Positions 8,450 to 19,170 of a stretch of DNA of 46,799 nucleotides are shown here, piece by piece. The stretch lies in IMG/VR virus record IMGVR_UViG_2703718778_000015. One strand, written 5' to 3'. The notes beneath the pieces were generated by a model. That model was not told the origin of the DNA, ran no database searches, and saw only the letters and a program-made list of their open reading frames with translations. Origin of the DNA: a virus. Its lineage: Duplodnaviria; Heunggongvirae; Uroviricota; Caudoviricetes. The first letter of the stretch is position 1, and the number at the start of each line of letters is the position of its first letter. The translations under genes were made by a program, and so were the position numbers.

Positions 8450-11019
8450 CGCCCGCTCCCCGATAACAGACCGCCATCACGCAACTGCAGCCGGAGCTCA
8501 TCCTGCGCACCTTTACGGGCCATCTCATACACCGCTTTCATCAGCTGCGGCCCGGCCTGTCCGTTGATGCCGTCGTTCTGAATCACCACGTGATTGTTCT
8601 GATTAAAATTAATGCCTTCGGCCCGCCGCATCTGCGCCGGACTTCCGGCAGCACCCACATACCCCCCTTCCGCATAGCCCCGCATCAGGCGGTACAGGTT
8701 CCCGACACCAATCCGGCTGGTTGCCTCCTTCGTGAAGACAAACTCCCCGCGGTGGACAATCCCCGCTGGCTCATATTTGCCACCGGTTCCCGTAAATCCC
8801 CCGGTCGCGAAATGGAAGTTCGCCGCCGCAGCCTGAATGGCCGTCCCCGTGGAAGCGGATGCGCCACCACCGAAAGCACCACCAATGGCGCTGCCGATAC
8901 GCCCGACAATCCCCACCATCGCCTGCTTCAGAAAAATCTCTGTCAGCATGGAGAGCACGGAACGGGTGAAACCACGCCAGTTCTGTTCGCTGCCGGTCAG
9001 CATCGCTGCCATATTCTGTGCAATACCGTCAAAGGTCTGCGTGGCCGCGCTTTTAACCTGCGAAAAACTGTCCGTCGCACTTTCCGCCCACTCGCCCCAG
9101 CCGGACTTCAGACCCGCCATCCAGCTTCCACGAAGCTGCTCCTCCGCAGACCAGGTGTTCTTCAGTGCAGATGTGGCCTTCGCCAGCGCATCCGGATTAT
9201 CACCGTACACGTCACGAAGGCGCTGCTCTTCCGACTCCCGCTGCGCCTGACGGTCGGTGAGGCCGCGGGCTTTTGCGCTGATGGCGGCCTGCTTCGCGCT
9301 CTGCTGCTGTTCAAACCGCGCCGCCTGCTGTGCCAGCTCATTCAGCCGTTTCTGGTGTTCAACCTTGTCGCCCAGGTCAGCCAGCTGGCGTTTGTACTCC
9401 AGCGTCTCTTTCTCATGGGCCAGCAGGGATTTTTCCTGCTCAGATAACTGCCGTTTCGTGGCGGCCTCTTTCAGGACCACATACTGATTTTCCGCTTCCC
9501 ATAAATCCCGGCGCTGCTGGCTGATTTTCTCATTCACACCGCTGTGTTTTTCCAGCGTCCTGAGCTCGGTTTCAAGCGCCAGCATGGCTGCATGCGCCCG
9601 GTCTTCCTGGCGCTCACCGGCAGACACCTTCACACCGGACGGCTTTTTCTGCGTCGACTCATAATCCTTTTTTGCCGACGCCATCAGCGTGTTGTAATCC
9701 GCCTGCAGGATTTTCCCGTCTTTCAGGGCCTTATTCAGCTCTTCCTGCCGGGCGGTATATTTCTCCAGTGGCGTCAGCAGGCGCTCATACGCCTTCTGCG
9801 CCTCTCCGGTATACTTCAGCTGTGACGACTCACGCTCAGCCCTGTCCCTTGCCGCCAGTTCACCGGCTTTTTCCATATCCGACTGCAGCGTTGCCGCTGC
9901 CAGACCCAGACGGGCATTTTCCCGGTCATCCCATGCGCCCTGAAGGTTGGCCCGGAAAGAGGAGGTTTTACCGCGGCGCTGGCTCCGGCTCTGGTACCAC
10001 TGCCATTTTTTATCCGCCTCATCAAATGCCTTCTGCGCACTGGCGAGCATATCCGCTGAGGATTCCGGACGACCGATATCCAGAATGGCATCCCACATCG
10101 ATTTGAATGCCTTCCCTGTTTTATCCGCCCAGGTCTCCAGTGTTCCCATGTTTTCTTTCAGGCGACGGGTCTGCTCATCAAAGCCTTTCGTGGCGATATC
10201 GTTCGCCGCCTGTAAGGCCCCGGCCTCGTCTCCGGAACGCTGCAGTTGTGCAACATACGCAATCTGCTCTGCCGTCACGTTACGGAACTGGCGCGCCATC
10301 GCCATCAGTCCCGACGTCGGGTCAGTGGTCAGCTTCCCGAAGGCTTCAGCGACTTTATCCACCTCCACACCGGATGCAGACGCAAAACGCGCGACACTCT
10401 GGTTAATGGCATCAAACTGTTCACCACCACGCACACCGGCATTCACCAGGGCTGCCAGTGACTCTCTCGCCTGGTTAAACGTCAGCCCTGCTGCCTGCCC
10501 GGCTCTTGAGAGCGTCAGCATACGATCGGCAGTCAGTCCGGCCTGATTGCCGGAAAGGACCAGCGTTTTATTAAATTCTGAAAGCGTGGAATCCCCCTGG
10601 TACCAGGCGTACGCCAGCGCACCTGTCGCCACCGCCAGCGAGGTGACCCCGACCATCGGCAGGGTGATCGCACCGGCAAGCCCCCTGAACATGGGGATCA
10701 TCCCGCCGAAGGAGTCCTTCACCTGACCGCCCTGTTGCAGCAGGATGAGCCAGGGATTCTGACCACCGGCAAGCTGCGTGGCGATATCCGTAAACTGTGC
10801 GGGCAGGGTACGCATGGCTGCTTTATACTGCCCGACGGAAATCCCGGCTTTTTGTGCGGCCAGCGCCTGACGGTTCAGACTCTGCTCAACGGCACCGGCG
10901 GTTTTTCTGGCGTCGGTATCCAGTCCTGAAAAATGACGCCTTACCCGGCTCATCTGCTCATCGAAACGGACAGCATCCAGACTCAGGTCAATAACAAGAT
11001 CACCAACCGGCTGGGACAT
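8446..11019 (-). CDS. H: Tail length tape measure protein H
   Basis: 857 aa (lambda gpH is 853); coiled-coil centre, Gly-rich C-terminal region, position between G-T and M. Confidence 0.93.
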   Translation of the reverse strand: MSQPVGDLVIDLSLDAVRFDEQMSRVRRHFSGLDTDARKTAGAVEQSLNRQALAAQKAGISVGQYKAAMRTLPAQFTDIATQLAGGQNPWLILLQQGGQVKDSFGGMIPMFRGLAGAITLPMVGVTSLAVATGALAYAWYQGDSTLSEFNKTLVLSGNQAGLTADRMLTLSRAGQAAGLTFNQARESLAALVNAGVRGGEQFDAINQSVARFASASGVEVDKVAEAFGKLTTDPTSGLMAMARQFRNVTAEQIAYVAQLQRSGDEAGALQAANDIATKGFDEQTRRLKENMGTLETWADKTGKAFKSMWDAILDIGRPESSADMLASAQKAFDEADKKWQWYQSRSQRRGKTSSFRANLQGAWDDRENARLGLAAATLQSDMEKAGELAARDRAERESSQLKYTGEAQKAYERLLTPLEKYTARQEELNKALKDGKILQADYNTLMASAKKDYESTQKKPSGVKVSAGERQEDRAHAAMLALETELRTLEKHSGVNEKISQQRRDLWEAENQYVVLKEAATKRQLSEQEKSLLAHEKETLEYKRQLADLGDKVEHQKRLNELAQQAARFEQQQSAKQAAISAKARGLTDRQAQRESEEQRLRDVYGDNPDALAKATSALKNTWSAEEQLRGSWMAGLKSGWGEWAESATDSFSQVKSAATQTFDGIAQNMAAMLTGSEQNWRGFTRSVLSMLTEIFLKQAMVGIVGRIGSAIGGAFGGGASASTGTAIQAAAANFHFATGGFTGTGGKYEPAGIVHRGEFVFTKEATSRIGVGNLYRLMRGYAEGGYVGAAGSPAQMRRAEGINFNQNNHVVIQNDGINGQAGPQLMKAVYEMARKGAQDELRLQLRDGGLLSGSGR

Positions 11020-11871
11020 ATCTCACACCTCCGGAAATCCCCGCTGAAGCCATCATTAATGCAACATCATCCTCGCTGACATCCACCACATCTGCAGAAG
11101 GTGAAATATCGCCCCCTCCCTCCCCACCGAACCGGACGCCTCCGGCAAGTCCTGCCGCTTTCTGCATCAGCATGTCTTCCTCATCCGGCATCTCCGTCTG
11201 CGCTTCCTCTCGCCGGGGAGCCAGCAGACTGAAATCCGAGGGATGCATATCCGGATCGCAAAAAAACAGGCTGAGTACGGCGTACATCAGCCCGGAAAAA
11301 TGCATATCCAGTTGGGTATCCTGAAAATAATGCGTGCGGTAAAAATGTCGCCAGTCGGCATATTCGGTGGATGTCATCCCGGCAAGCATGGCGCGCCAGT
11401 CAGGCCTCCCCATCTCACGCGCCAGTCTGAGGGCAAAATTCAGCTCGCCGTCGAAAACTTTCCCGCAGAAAAATCATCATCAGTAAGCGCGTTATTTTTC
11501 GCCACTTCGGTGCTGTCAGTATCCGCATGAACAGCCCCGCTCATCCCGGACAGACGTAACACCACCTCTTCCGCCCGGGCAATGGCATCGGCAGGCCAGG
11601 TGGTGAGCACTTCCTGCTCTATCTTCATCACGGCCTCATTCATTGACGGTGACTGCGTTTTCTGTGGATGGTTATGCCACAGGGACATCGCCACCAGAAA
11701 CGCGCCGGTTCTGACAAGATCTTCCACACTCACCTGCAGGTTGCCGCTGGCTTCAGCCTCTTCTGCCCGCCGTTTCAGGAGGGCAAGATGCTCAATACGC
11801 TGCAGCGCAGACAGCTCAGAAAGCATGACGGATACACCGTTATATTCAAATTGTTCTGTTTTCAGAAACAT
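11000..11871 (-). CDS. T: Tail assembly chaperone G-T fusion made by -1 programmed ribosomal frameshift
   Basis: The slippery heptamer G GGA AAG sits at the end of G (zero frame ...SAGKFSTAS*). Reading from the -1 frame gives ...VFDGELNFALRLAREMGRPDWRAM..., which continues into the T ORF ending at 11000. Confidence 0.85.
11440..11871 (-). CDS. G: Tail assembly chaperone G
   Basis: 143 aa; close match to lambda gpG as remembered (MFLKTExFExNGV...LSELSALQRIEHLAL...WHNHPQKTQ). Confidence 0.93.
   Translation of the reverse strand: MFLKTEQFEYNGVSVMLSELSALQRIEHLALLKRRAEEAEASGNLQVSVEDLVRTGAFLVAMSLWHNHPQKTQSPSMNEAVMKIEQEVLTTWPADAIARAEEVVLRLSGMSGAVHADTDSTEVAKNNALTDDDFSAGKFSTAS
11458..11464 (-). promoter_or_regulatory. 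Slippery heptanucleotide GGGAAAG for the G to G-T -1 frameshift
   Basis: Plus strand ctttccc; minus strand G GGA AAG in the G reading frame. Confidence 0.85.
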
Positions 11872-11884
11872 GTATTACCTCCGT

Positions 11885-12637
11885 TTACCCTGCAGCGCCC
11901 GCTTCAGTAACGGTGACTTCAGCTACCGTGGCAAACTGACCATTACCGGAAATCACGGGGATACTCACTTTTCCGGCCTTAATCCCCGTCACAGTGATCA
12001 CCATATCTTTCACAGCAATGGTTCCCGTTGACGGATCGGCGGAAACCGCTCTGAACGTCTTGTCGGTTGCACTTTCCGGCTCAAAAGAAACCGTCAGGGT
12101 GGTTGTTTTTCCTTTTTCCACGGTACCGGATGTCGGTGTCACCTTAATTGCAGTGACCGGCGTAATTTTGCTGCGTTCTTCCGCCACGGAAGGTTTGCCC
12201 ACGTTGGTCACTTTCACCGTGCGGGTGATCACTTCTTTCGCCGTCACGGCCTTACCGATACTGCTGACCCAGCCACGAAACACATCCACCGTGCCGTTCG
12301 GAAAACGGATTTTATAGGCCCGCACATCCCCGCTTTCAAACCAGCCTATAAGCCCTTTCTGACCATCTTCTCCCGGTTTCCAGGCCAGCGTAAAACTGGT
12401 ATCTCCTGCAGACTTCTGCCCCTGCCCGGTCGCGGTCCAGTCCGCGTCTTCATCATCCAGGTAGTTATCATCGTAGGGTTCTGCCGTCATCTCGCCCGGC
12501 GTCAGATCCTTCACCTTAGCCAGTCGCTGCCAGTCATCGTCTGACAACGGGTTTGCATAAGCATCACCCTTGCCGTTGTAAACCCACAGAGTGGTACCGG
12601 CACCTTTTACCGGCTCCAGGGGATTTGGTGTTGCCAT
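11885..12637 (-). CDS. V: Major tail protein V
   Basis: 250 aa; position and length as lambda gpV, with a C-terminal Ig-like (Big_2-type) region. Confidence 0.9.
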   Translation of the reverse strand: MATPNPLEPVKGAGTTLWVYNGKGDAYANPLSDDDWQRLAKVKDLTPGEMTAEPYDDNYLDDEDADWTATGQGQKSAGDTSFTLAWKPGEDGQKGLIGWFESGDVRAYKIRFPNGTVDVFRGWVSSIGKAVTAKEVITRTVKVTNVGKPSVAEERSKITPVTAIKVTPTSGTVEKGKTTTLTVSFEPESATDKTFRAVSADPSTGTIAVKDMVITVTGIKAGKVSIPVISGNGQFATVAEVTVTEAGAAG

Positions 12638-12644
12638 ATCGTCC

Positions 12645-13040
12645 TCACATCTCGTATGTAATGGAATAAGTCAGATCCGCAGAGCTCCATAACGCCATAT
12701 CGTCATCACGACGATACTCATAGCCCTGCGTAACCATCGTGGTAATCAGTCCTGCCAGTGCAGGGATCGCAGTCATCGCCGGATAAATCCGGCTTTCCAT
12801 CCACTGATCGAGCTCCGAATCAGGTACCTGTGCCGGTAAAAACACCTCAATATGCAGTGTGGCCCGCCAGGTATCTGCATCCAGCTCTTCACCGGTATAC
12901 TCTGCATCCGTCAGATAAACCGCGATCGCAGGAAAATCCTCTTCGTCAAAAACAACGGGGCGACCATCAAACAGCGTCGCCCCGTGTTCATGCTGCTCGA
13001 GTGCATCCAGCACTGCGGCACGAATGTCAGTGTGTTTCAT
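12645..13040 (-). CDS. U: Tail terminator protein U
   Basis: 131 aa, same length and position as lambda gpU. Confidence 0.88.
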   Translation of the reverse strand: MKHTDIRAAVLDALEQHEHGATLFDGRPVVFDEEDFPAIAVYLTDAEYTGEELDADTWRATLHIEVFLPAQVPDSELDQWMESRIYPAMTAIPALAGLITTMVTQGYEYRRDDDMALWSSADLTYSITYEM

Positions 13041-13612
13041 CGTTTTATCGCAATCCTCAGTTGTTGTTTCAGCGCGTATGCCAGTTCTTTAGGCAGGCGT
13101 TCACGCCGGATACGGTCAACATTCTCATCAAATGCCTGTTTCAGTGGGGCCGCCATCGGGATTTTCACCACCTGAATGGGAAGGCGATTACGCTTTTTCC
13201 TTCCCTTGTCGTCATTGCCCTCCTCATATCTGGCCTGGGGAAGACGTTGCATAACATGCCAGCGCCCATTATTTAATCGCTGGATAAATGCCCGCTGATA
13301 ACGATGCTGACCGGCTTTGAGTATGCTGTCCGGACGACGCCCCAGCATTCTGATCCCCAGCTTAATCACAGGGAGATCACCGCGGTTAACGATAATTTTT
13401 GCATTCGGATTTCTGACCGTGGCCCGTTTCAGTCTGGACCGTTCCTTAACCAGTTTCCGGCGTACCTTTGTCTCCCGGGCAACCTGTGATGAAGACTGAT
13501 TAATCGCCGTTGTGGCCACGCGGTTAATCGTCATTGCTGAAGCCGCCGGAATGGCGTTTTTACGAACCCGGCTCAGATTATCAATCGCCTGATCAAGCCC
13601 TTTTATCGCCAT
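13037..13612 (-). CDS. Z: Tail completion protein Z
   Basis: 191 aa; position and length as lambda gpZ; start overlaps FII stop region. Confidence 0.85.
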   Translation of the reverse strand: MAIKGLDQAIDNLSRVRKNAIPAASAMTINRVATTAINQSSSQVARETKVRRKLVKERSRLKRATVRNPNAKIIVNRGDLPVIKLGIRMLGRRPDSILKAGQHRYQRAFIQRLNNGRWHVMQRLPQARYEEGNDDKGRKKRNRLPIQVVKIPMAAPLKQAFDENVDRIRRERLPKELAYALKQQLRIAIKR

Positions 13613-13627
13613 AATTTCACCCTGCGT

Positions 13628-13981
13628 TTATCGTCGCCGGTTAACAGCGGGTGGTTGCCCACGGTTGAGCCAGAGATAACAGCTTCCCCCGTCATCCGGA
13701 GAAACACGATCCACCCAGAACATCTCGCCGTTAATGGTCAGCGTGTCACCACGCCGCACGGCACGCACCGTATCCGTCCGCACAAATAATGACGGGCTGC
13801 TTCCTTCAATACGGACCCCGCCACCGGCAAAACCCAGCGACTCCGGATCGTCAAAAACCCCCTGAACTTCGCCGCCACGTTGTGCTCCGGAGGTGAACTG
13901 CGCACGGATCCCCATCACTTCAACGATCGTACTGTCCACCCCGGCGAGGGCAGCATCAAAGGCATTCTGAAAATCACGCAT
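13628..13981 (-). CDS. FII: Head-tail joining protein FII
   Basis: 117 aa, same length and position as lambda gpFII. Confidence 0.85.
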   Translation of the reverse strand: MRDFQNAFDAALAGVDSTIVEVMGIRAQFTSGAQRGGEVQGVFDDPESLGFAGGGVRIEGSSPSLFVRTDTVRAVRRGDTLTINGEMFWVDRVSPDDGGSCYLWLNRGQPPAVNRRR

Positions 13982-14357
13982 ATTCAGCCGTTCCGTGCTG
14001 TATCATGGCCGTTGCCAGTGATGATGGCACCAGAACACGCATACCCCGTAACGCCAGCTCAACGGGACGACCTGTCTCCGGGCAATACCCCATTACTTGC
14101 AGGCACTTCCGTACCCGGACGGCTTTAACATCATCCGGAGCATCCGTGTTGTTCAACTGCTCACCATCGTCTGTGTGATTTTGATCAGCCCCGCTCTCAT
14201 CAGAGTGCATAATGCCCTCCGGGGAAACAGCAACCTCCTCTTCCCACTCTGCCACACGCTGTGCGATATCCGCTGCACTCCCCGACATATCCGCCTCGCG
14301 CCCCAGCAGGCCAGCCAGTTCACGAAGACGTTTCTGATTTTCTTCTTTTGTTGCCAT
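13974..14357 (-). CDS. FI: DNA packaging protein FI
   Basis: 127 aa between E and FII; acidic linker region as in lambda gpFI. Sequence is divergent, so the call is by position and architecture. Confidence 0.65.
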   Translation of the reverse strand: MATKEENQKRLRELAGLLGREADMSGSAADIAQRVAEWEEEVAVSPEGIMHSDESGADQNHTDDGEQLNNTDAPDDVKAVRVRKCLQVMGYCPETGRPVELALRGMRVLVPSSLATAMIQHGTAEYA

Positions 14358-14409
14358 ATCCAGCCCCCTGTGAAAAAAGACACGGGGGCATTTCGCCCCC
14401 GCTCCCGGA

Positions 14410-15438
14410 TTATTTCACCTGTACCACCACAAACTCATCCGGATCCGGCAACACCATCAGCGGTGCGGACTGCGTCATGGTAAATTCACGGGCAGGATCC
14501 CCCACCGTCAGCCAGTGTTTCGGATAACGGGAAGAGGCCACCACACCTTCGGACAACGCCTGCGCATCCTGAATGGCACCATAGCAACGAATGCCTTCTG
14601 CTGCCGTATTCCCCAGGACCAGTGTACCCTCCGGCAGATAACGTTTTTCGGTACCGTCTTCTGCCACATAAGACGTTTTCGCCACCACAATGGCCAGATC
14701 ACCGTAATACCCTTTGAAAGACACCACCGCCCCCAGGTCTTTCACTGCCGTTTCGAGTTGTGAATTTGAGCCGCGACGGGTATCCAGTTTTTCGCGGAAA
14801 AGCTTAAAGCCATTCAGCAGACGCCAGACAGTACCGTCCATAATGGCAATATTCACAAGACCGCTGGCCTGATCGCAGTAAAGGTCAATATCATGCGTCG
14901 GATCAAACGTATCACGGTCCTGCTCAGACCATTTTTTACCGTCGGCCTGCTCAATGTTATTTCCTTCAGAGCGCCCGAAATCCACCTCAACCGTGTCAAA
15001 CTGTTCCCCTTCCATGGTGTATTTGCCATACAGCACGGCATTCACCGCCTGCATTTCTTCCACCTGCACAATAGCGTGCTCTTCCTGTTTGAGGTTATCA
15101 GTAATGATACGCAGACGACGGTAGGCCGGGTCGTTCAGCTGAGCCGGATCTTCACCGGGAAGGCGCTCAACCGCCTGCTGGTAATTAAATTCGTGTTTCG
15201 GCTTGACGTAGCCCGGACGCAACACGCGGGTTTCACCACCACGATGACGAAGCACTTTACCTTCAACGACCGGGGAGACATAGGCCGCCACCGGCGTTTT
15301 TCCGGTAATTTTGTCCAGCATCACCTCTTCGGTGTGGAAATTCACCGTACGGCGGAAAAATAGTTCCAGAAACAGCGCACGAAATTTCACTTTTTGTTCG
15401 GTATAACCGAGCAACTGGCGGGTCGTAAACAATCCCAT
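14410..15438 (-). CDS. E: Major capsid protein E
   Basis: 342 aa; strong match to lambda gpE as remembered (KLDTRRGSNSxLETAVKDLG, YPKxWxTxGDPAREFTMxQSAPLM). Confidence 0.95.
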   Translation of the reverse strand: MGLFTTRQLLGYTEQKVKFRALFLELFFRRTVNFHTEEVMLDKITGKTPVAAYVSPVVEGKVLRHRGGETRVLRPGYVKPKHEFNYQQAVERLPGEDPAQLNDPAYRRLRIITDNLKQEEHAIVQVEEMQAVNAVLYGKYTMEGEQFDTVEVDFGRSEGNNIEQADGKKWSEQDRDTFDPTHDIDLYCDQASGLVNIAIMDGTVWRLLNGFKLFREKLDTRRGSNSQLETAVKDLGAVVSFKGYYGDLAIVVAKTSYVAEDGTEKRYLPEGTLVLGNTAAEGIRCYGAIQDAQALSEGVVASSRYPKHWLTVGDPAREFTMTQSAPLMVLPDPDEFVVVQVK

Positions 15439-15495
15439 AAATCAGTTCCTTTCATTCAGAAATCAGTCAGGCCACCGCGGTGGCCTGATAACGTG

Positions 15496-15843
15496 TTACG
15501 GCAGCGCCGCGTGACTCAGGGCAGTGCCAGCAAAGGCATTTGCCTTTTTGTGTTCATCCACACTTTCAGGCCAGCGGATTGCCTCCGTCGCAAAGGTCCC
15601 CGACTTGTAATACGTCAGCACCGTCTCTGTGCCTTCAAGCGGCAGTACCAGTATGCCAGCCGCACTACCGGCTTTCTGTCCGTCCCAGACCACCAGTTTC
15701 CCGCTGGCTTCATCCAGCATCAGGGGCGTCAGTGCCTGTGTTGCCTGAGAAATCCCGCTGCTGCCTGTGGCGGTATGAGCCGGATCATTACCGGCAAAAA
15801 TACGTACTTCTGCACGTTGTTCAGTGATGGTTTTCGTTACCAT
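15496..15843 (-). CDS. D: Head decoration protein D
   Basis: 115 aa; gpD-like length and position. Confidence 0.88.
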   Translation of the reverse strand: MVTKTITEQRAEVRIFAGNDPAHTATGSSGISQATQALTPLMLDEASGKLVVWDGQKAGSAAGILVLPLEGTETVLTYYKSGTFATEAIRWPESVDEHKKANAFAGTALSHAALP

Positions 15844-15879
15844 ATTGTAAAAACCTCATATTGATAGTCAGCACTGACT

Positions 15880-17385
15880 TCATGGCATGGCCATGAGCAT
15901 TTTCACGTCCGCATCACCGTCTGCCGACGTCTGTGACACGCCACCCTGCACGGCTGCCGGTGAATGGTTCGCCATGATGCGTTCAAACATGGCGGTTGTG
16001 GATGCAGAAACCGGTTCTGCTTTATCCGGCGATGAGGACAGAATGTCGCGGGCAGCCTCCACCGTCATTCCGGGAAACGCCGCCAGTTTTTCAGCCTGCG
16101 CCTCAGCCCCTTTTGCCTCATCCAGAGCCATAATCTGATCACGGAGTGAGGGTCCGGCATCCGCCTGCGGTGAAGCCGCCAGGATCGGGCGGGCTTTTTC
16201 CACCGTCATATCCGGCATCGCCGCCAGCGTTGCCGCCAGTTGTTCACGACCTTTAGCTTCTTCACACGCCATAATGCGATCGGCTTCACTCTGCGTGGAT
16301 GCCACCGGCTGCTGTGGTGCTGCCGCGGTCAGAATCGCCCGGGCCTGTTCAACGCTCATGCCCTGTTGTCCTGCCAGCATCGTGGCAAGGTGTTCACGTC
16401 CTTTCGCTTCCTGACACGCCAGGATCCCCATCACTCGCTGGTTCTCCTGCGCGGCAGCTTCCGTTGCAGTTAATTGCGGCATAGTGCCTCCTGTATCATG
16501 TGTGTTCAGCGCCGCAGCCATCACGCTGATGGCATCCGACGCATTGATTAATTCATCCGCCAGCCCGGCCTCAATGCCGGACTGACCTTCAAAAACGGCG
16601 GCCTCTGTTCCCGTGACTGCATCAACAGACAGACCGGTATACATCGCCACTTTTTCGGCAAACATCCGGCGCGCCGCATCAATCCGTTGCTGCATGTCCT
16701 GGCGAACCTCTTCCGGCAACGCTTCAAACTGATTGCCATCCACCTTGTGCGCCCCTGAGTAAATCAGCGTGATATCCACACCGGCCTGCGCCAGATGACC
16801 GGCATAGCTGACATGGCTCATCATCACGCCAATGGAGCCGATACGGGATGTCTGGGTAACCAGCCGTCGGGAGCAGGCCGACGCCAGCAGCATGGCTGCA
16901 GAACAGGCCGTGTCATTGCACAGTGCCCAGACCGGCTTCTGCTGACGGAGGCGGTAAATCATGTCAGCACAGTCAAACGCACCGGCGGCCTGCCCGCCCG
17001 GACTGTCAATGTCCAGCAGTACACCCCGCACCTGGCTATCCGCCATTGCCTGCTGAAGACAGGCGACAATGCCGTCATAGCCTGTCATTCCGGAAAATGG
17101 CCGCATACCTCCCAGCCGGTGCACCAGCGTGCCTGTCACCGGCAGTACAGCAATACCGTTCACCACCCGGTAAACACGGGCCGGTCGTTTACCTCCGGCC
17201 ATGTACTCGTCCGTTTCAGCCAGCATTCCGGGTGCATCAAGCTGTACCTGCTGTTGTGGTACCGAAAGACTTGCTGCCCCCATCTCGCGCCCGAGCGCGC
17301 AAAAGAAAACCCGCGCATAGGCGGGCTCCAGAAGCAGCGGTTCATTGAATGCTGCGGCAATAATGTGTGAAAGATTACGTCTCAC
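15880..17385 (-). CDS. C: Capsid assembly protease C with nested scaffold (C/Nu3); S49 peptidase family
   Basis: 501 aa; S49/ClpP-like core (DSPGGQAAG, Ser in CNDTACSAAM); C-terminal third has three roughly 40-aa repeats (EAKGxE...MTVExARxIL). Confidence 0.88.
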   Translation of the reverse strand: MRRNLSHIIAAAFNEPLLLEPAYARVFFCALGREMGAASLSVPQQQVQLDAPGMLAETDEYMAGGKRPARVYRVVNGIAVLPVTGTLVHRLGGMRPFSGMTGYDGIVACLQQAMADSQVRGVLLDIDSPGGQAAGAFDCADMIYRLRQQKPVWALCNDTACSAAMLLASACSRRLVTQTSRIGSIGVMMSHVSYAGHLAQAGVDITLIYSGAHKVDGNQFEALPEEVRQDMQQRIDAARRMFAEKVAMYTGLSVDAVTGTEAAVFEGQSGIEAGLADELINASDAISVMAAALNTHDTGGTMPQLTATEAAAQENQRVMGILACQEAKGREHLATMLAGQQGMSVEQARAILTAAAPQQPVASTQSEADRIMACEEAKGREQLAATLAAMPDMTVEKARPILAASPQADAGPSLRDQIMALDEAKGAEAQAEKLAAFPGMTVEAARDILSSSPDKAEPVSASTTAMFERIMANHSPAAVQGGVSQTSADGDADVKMLMAMP

Positions 17386-18967
17386 GTGGTGTTGTCTCCT
17401 CTTCCGGCCTGCGACTCTCCGCTATCTGCTGCTGATACGCCTGCGCTATCCACACCGGACGTGAGAGTCCGGCTTTTTGCCGCTCAGCAGATTCCCTGAC
17501 CTGCTGGCGGAAAATGTCCTGATAATCCTCGCCCATCAGCGCCAGCTCTTTCTCATACGTGCTCAGTCCGGCCTCAATGCGCATCACTGATTCCTGGACT
17601 TCCTTGAGCCCGTCAATGGCCATTCTTCCGGCACCAATCCACTCTGCCCGTGACCAGGCTGATCGCGCCTGATAAAAATCAAAACGTGCCCGTGGCGGAC
17701 GAATAATCCCCCGAAGAAGTGCCTCTTCCAGCCAGCAGGAAAACATCTGCGTGGCCAGCCGGGCCGCAATAAATTTTCGCCGCCCCATAAAATAGCGCCA
17801 CGACTCATTGGCGGAGGCGCGGGCACTTGAGTAACTGACCTTCGAGTAATCACGGGACAACTGTTCGTAGGAAACGCCAAGACCGGCGGCGATATACCGC
17901 AGCAGCGCCTGTTCAAGCGCAGAAAATCCATTGTCTGAATCCTGCGCAGTCTGTAGTTTCAGATCATCACCGGGGAAAAGGTGCGGAATTTTGACACCGC
18001 CCAGTGTCACGTTATTCGTGTCATACCAGCTGGAAAACTTCTCCAGAATATTAATAAGCGGATTATCCTTCTGCTCCTGTGGCGCGCCGGCGATATATTC
18101 AAAGGCCTTTTCGGTATCAAGTTCACTTTCAATCGTCGCTGCATACATGGCTTTAACAATGGCCGACTGAAGCTGTGTTGCCTGCAGGGAATCGAGCATC
18201 TTCAGCCGTTCCATGACGCTGTAAAACTGGTTGGCCCCACGGGTCTGCCCGTCCTCCACCGGCTCGAAAATATGCAGCATGGCCGGACGCCCGGTGGGAA
18301 GTTCACGCGGGATCCGTTCCCATCGTCCACTCCCGGAGCGAGGAAAATCATCCTCACAGATATGGTACGCAACGGCACGGCCATATCGATCAACCTCCAC
18401 CCCGGCCCGCAGAAAACGGTTCCCGATACCGTGTCCTGGCGTGTCCACCCGTTTCGGACTCACGGCTTTAAAACGCGTACGAAACAGTTGCGTGCTCTCC
18501 GTATCCCAGACCGGCTGCACAAAGATTTCGCCGTTAAACGCATGAACGCCCACACCTTCACGGATAAATTCCGTAAACGTGCGTTTCCCTTCCACGTCGA
18601 TCTCACCAAACATCCCTTCTGCGTATTCTGACCAGGCCGCCTCCACCTCATCGACAAAACTTTTTGCCGCGGTCTCCCGCATCCCCAGCCAGCGCCAGTT
18701 CGGACGGTAGCTAATCAGAAACATATGCCCGACAATGTGATCCTTATGCAGGGCCACCGCATTGGCCGCTATTCCGTTATTGCGCACCAGATCATCTGCA
18801 CGGGCATTCCCCAGACGCAACGCGGGCAGCAGGGCCGCATCGGCACTCTGCGAGGGTGGCAACCACTCTGCCATTTGCCCGCCAAATCCTGCACCGCCCC
18901 CGTTGTAGCTGAGGCTCTCCCGAAGCGGAACGCCGTTCACATCAATCAGGACAGGCTTTCGTTTCAT
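17375..18967 (-). CDS. B: Portal protein B
   Basis: 530 aa (lambda gpB is 533); located between W and C. Confidence 0.93.
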   Translation of the reverse strand: MKRKPVLIDVNGVPLRESLSYNGGGAGFGGQMAEWLPPSQSADAALLPALRLGNARADDLVRNNGIAANAVALHKDHIVGHMFLISYRPNWRWLGMRETAAKSFVDEVEAAWSEYAEGMFGEIDVEGKRTFTEFIREGVGVHAFNGEIFVQPVWDTESTQLFRTRFKAVSPKRVDTPGHGIGNRFLRAGVEVDRYGRAVAYHICEDDFPRSGSGRWERIPRELPTGRPAMLHIFEPVEDGQTRGANQFYSVMERLKMLDSLQATQLQSAIVKAMYAATIESELDTEKAFEYIAGAPQEQKDNPLINILEKFSSWYDTNNVTLGGVKIPHLFPGDDLKLQTAQDSDNGFSALEQALLRYIAAGLGVSYEQLSRDYSKVSYSSARASANESWRYFMGRRKFIAARLATQMFSCWLEEALLRGIIRPPRARFDFYQARSAWSRAEWIGAGRMAIDGLKEVQESVMRIEAGLSTYEKELALMGEDYQDIFRQQVRESAERQKAGLSRPVWIAQAYQQQIAESRRPEEETTPRET

Positions 18968-19170
18968 AACCTCACTCCCAGCGGACGACGGCGACGGCGG
19001 GTTGTCCCCAGTACCAACTCAGCATCATTGATCGCCCGGTTAAGCTCATCCAGAGAGGCCGCCGTATATTCAATTCTGCGACCATCTTTCTGGACAGACA
19101 CCACCCGTTTACCGGTTAATAAATCAAGGCGCGCCTGACGCAGCGCCTGCAGTTCAGCGACTGTAACCAT
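18964..19170 (-). CDS. W: Head-tail joining protein W
   Basis: 68 aa, same length and position as lambda gpW. Confidence 0.88.
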   Translation of the reverse strand: MVTVAELQALRQARLDLLTGKRVVSVQKDGRRIEYTAASLDELNRAINDAELVLGTTRRRRRPLGVRL

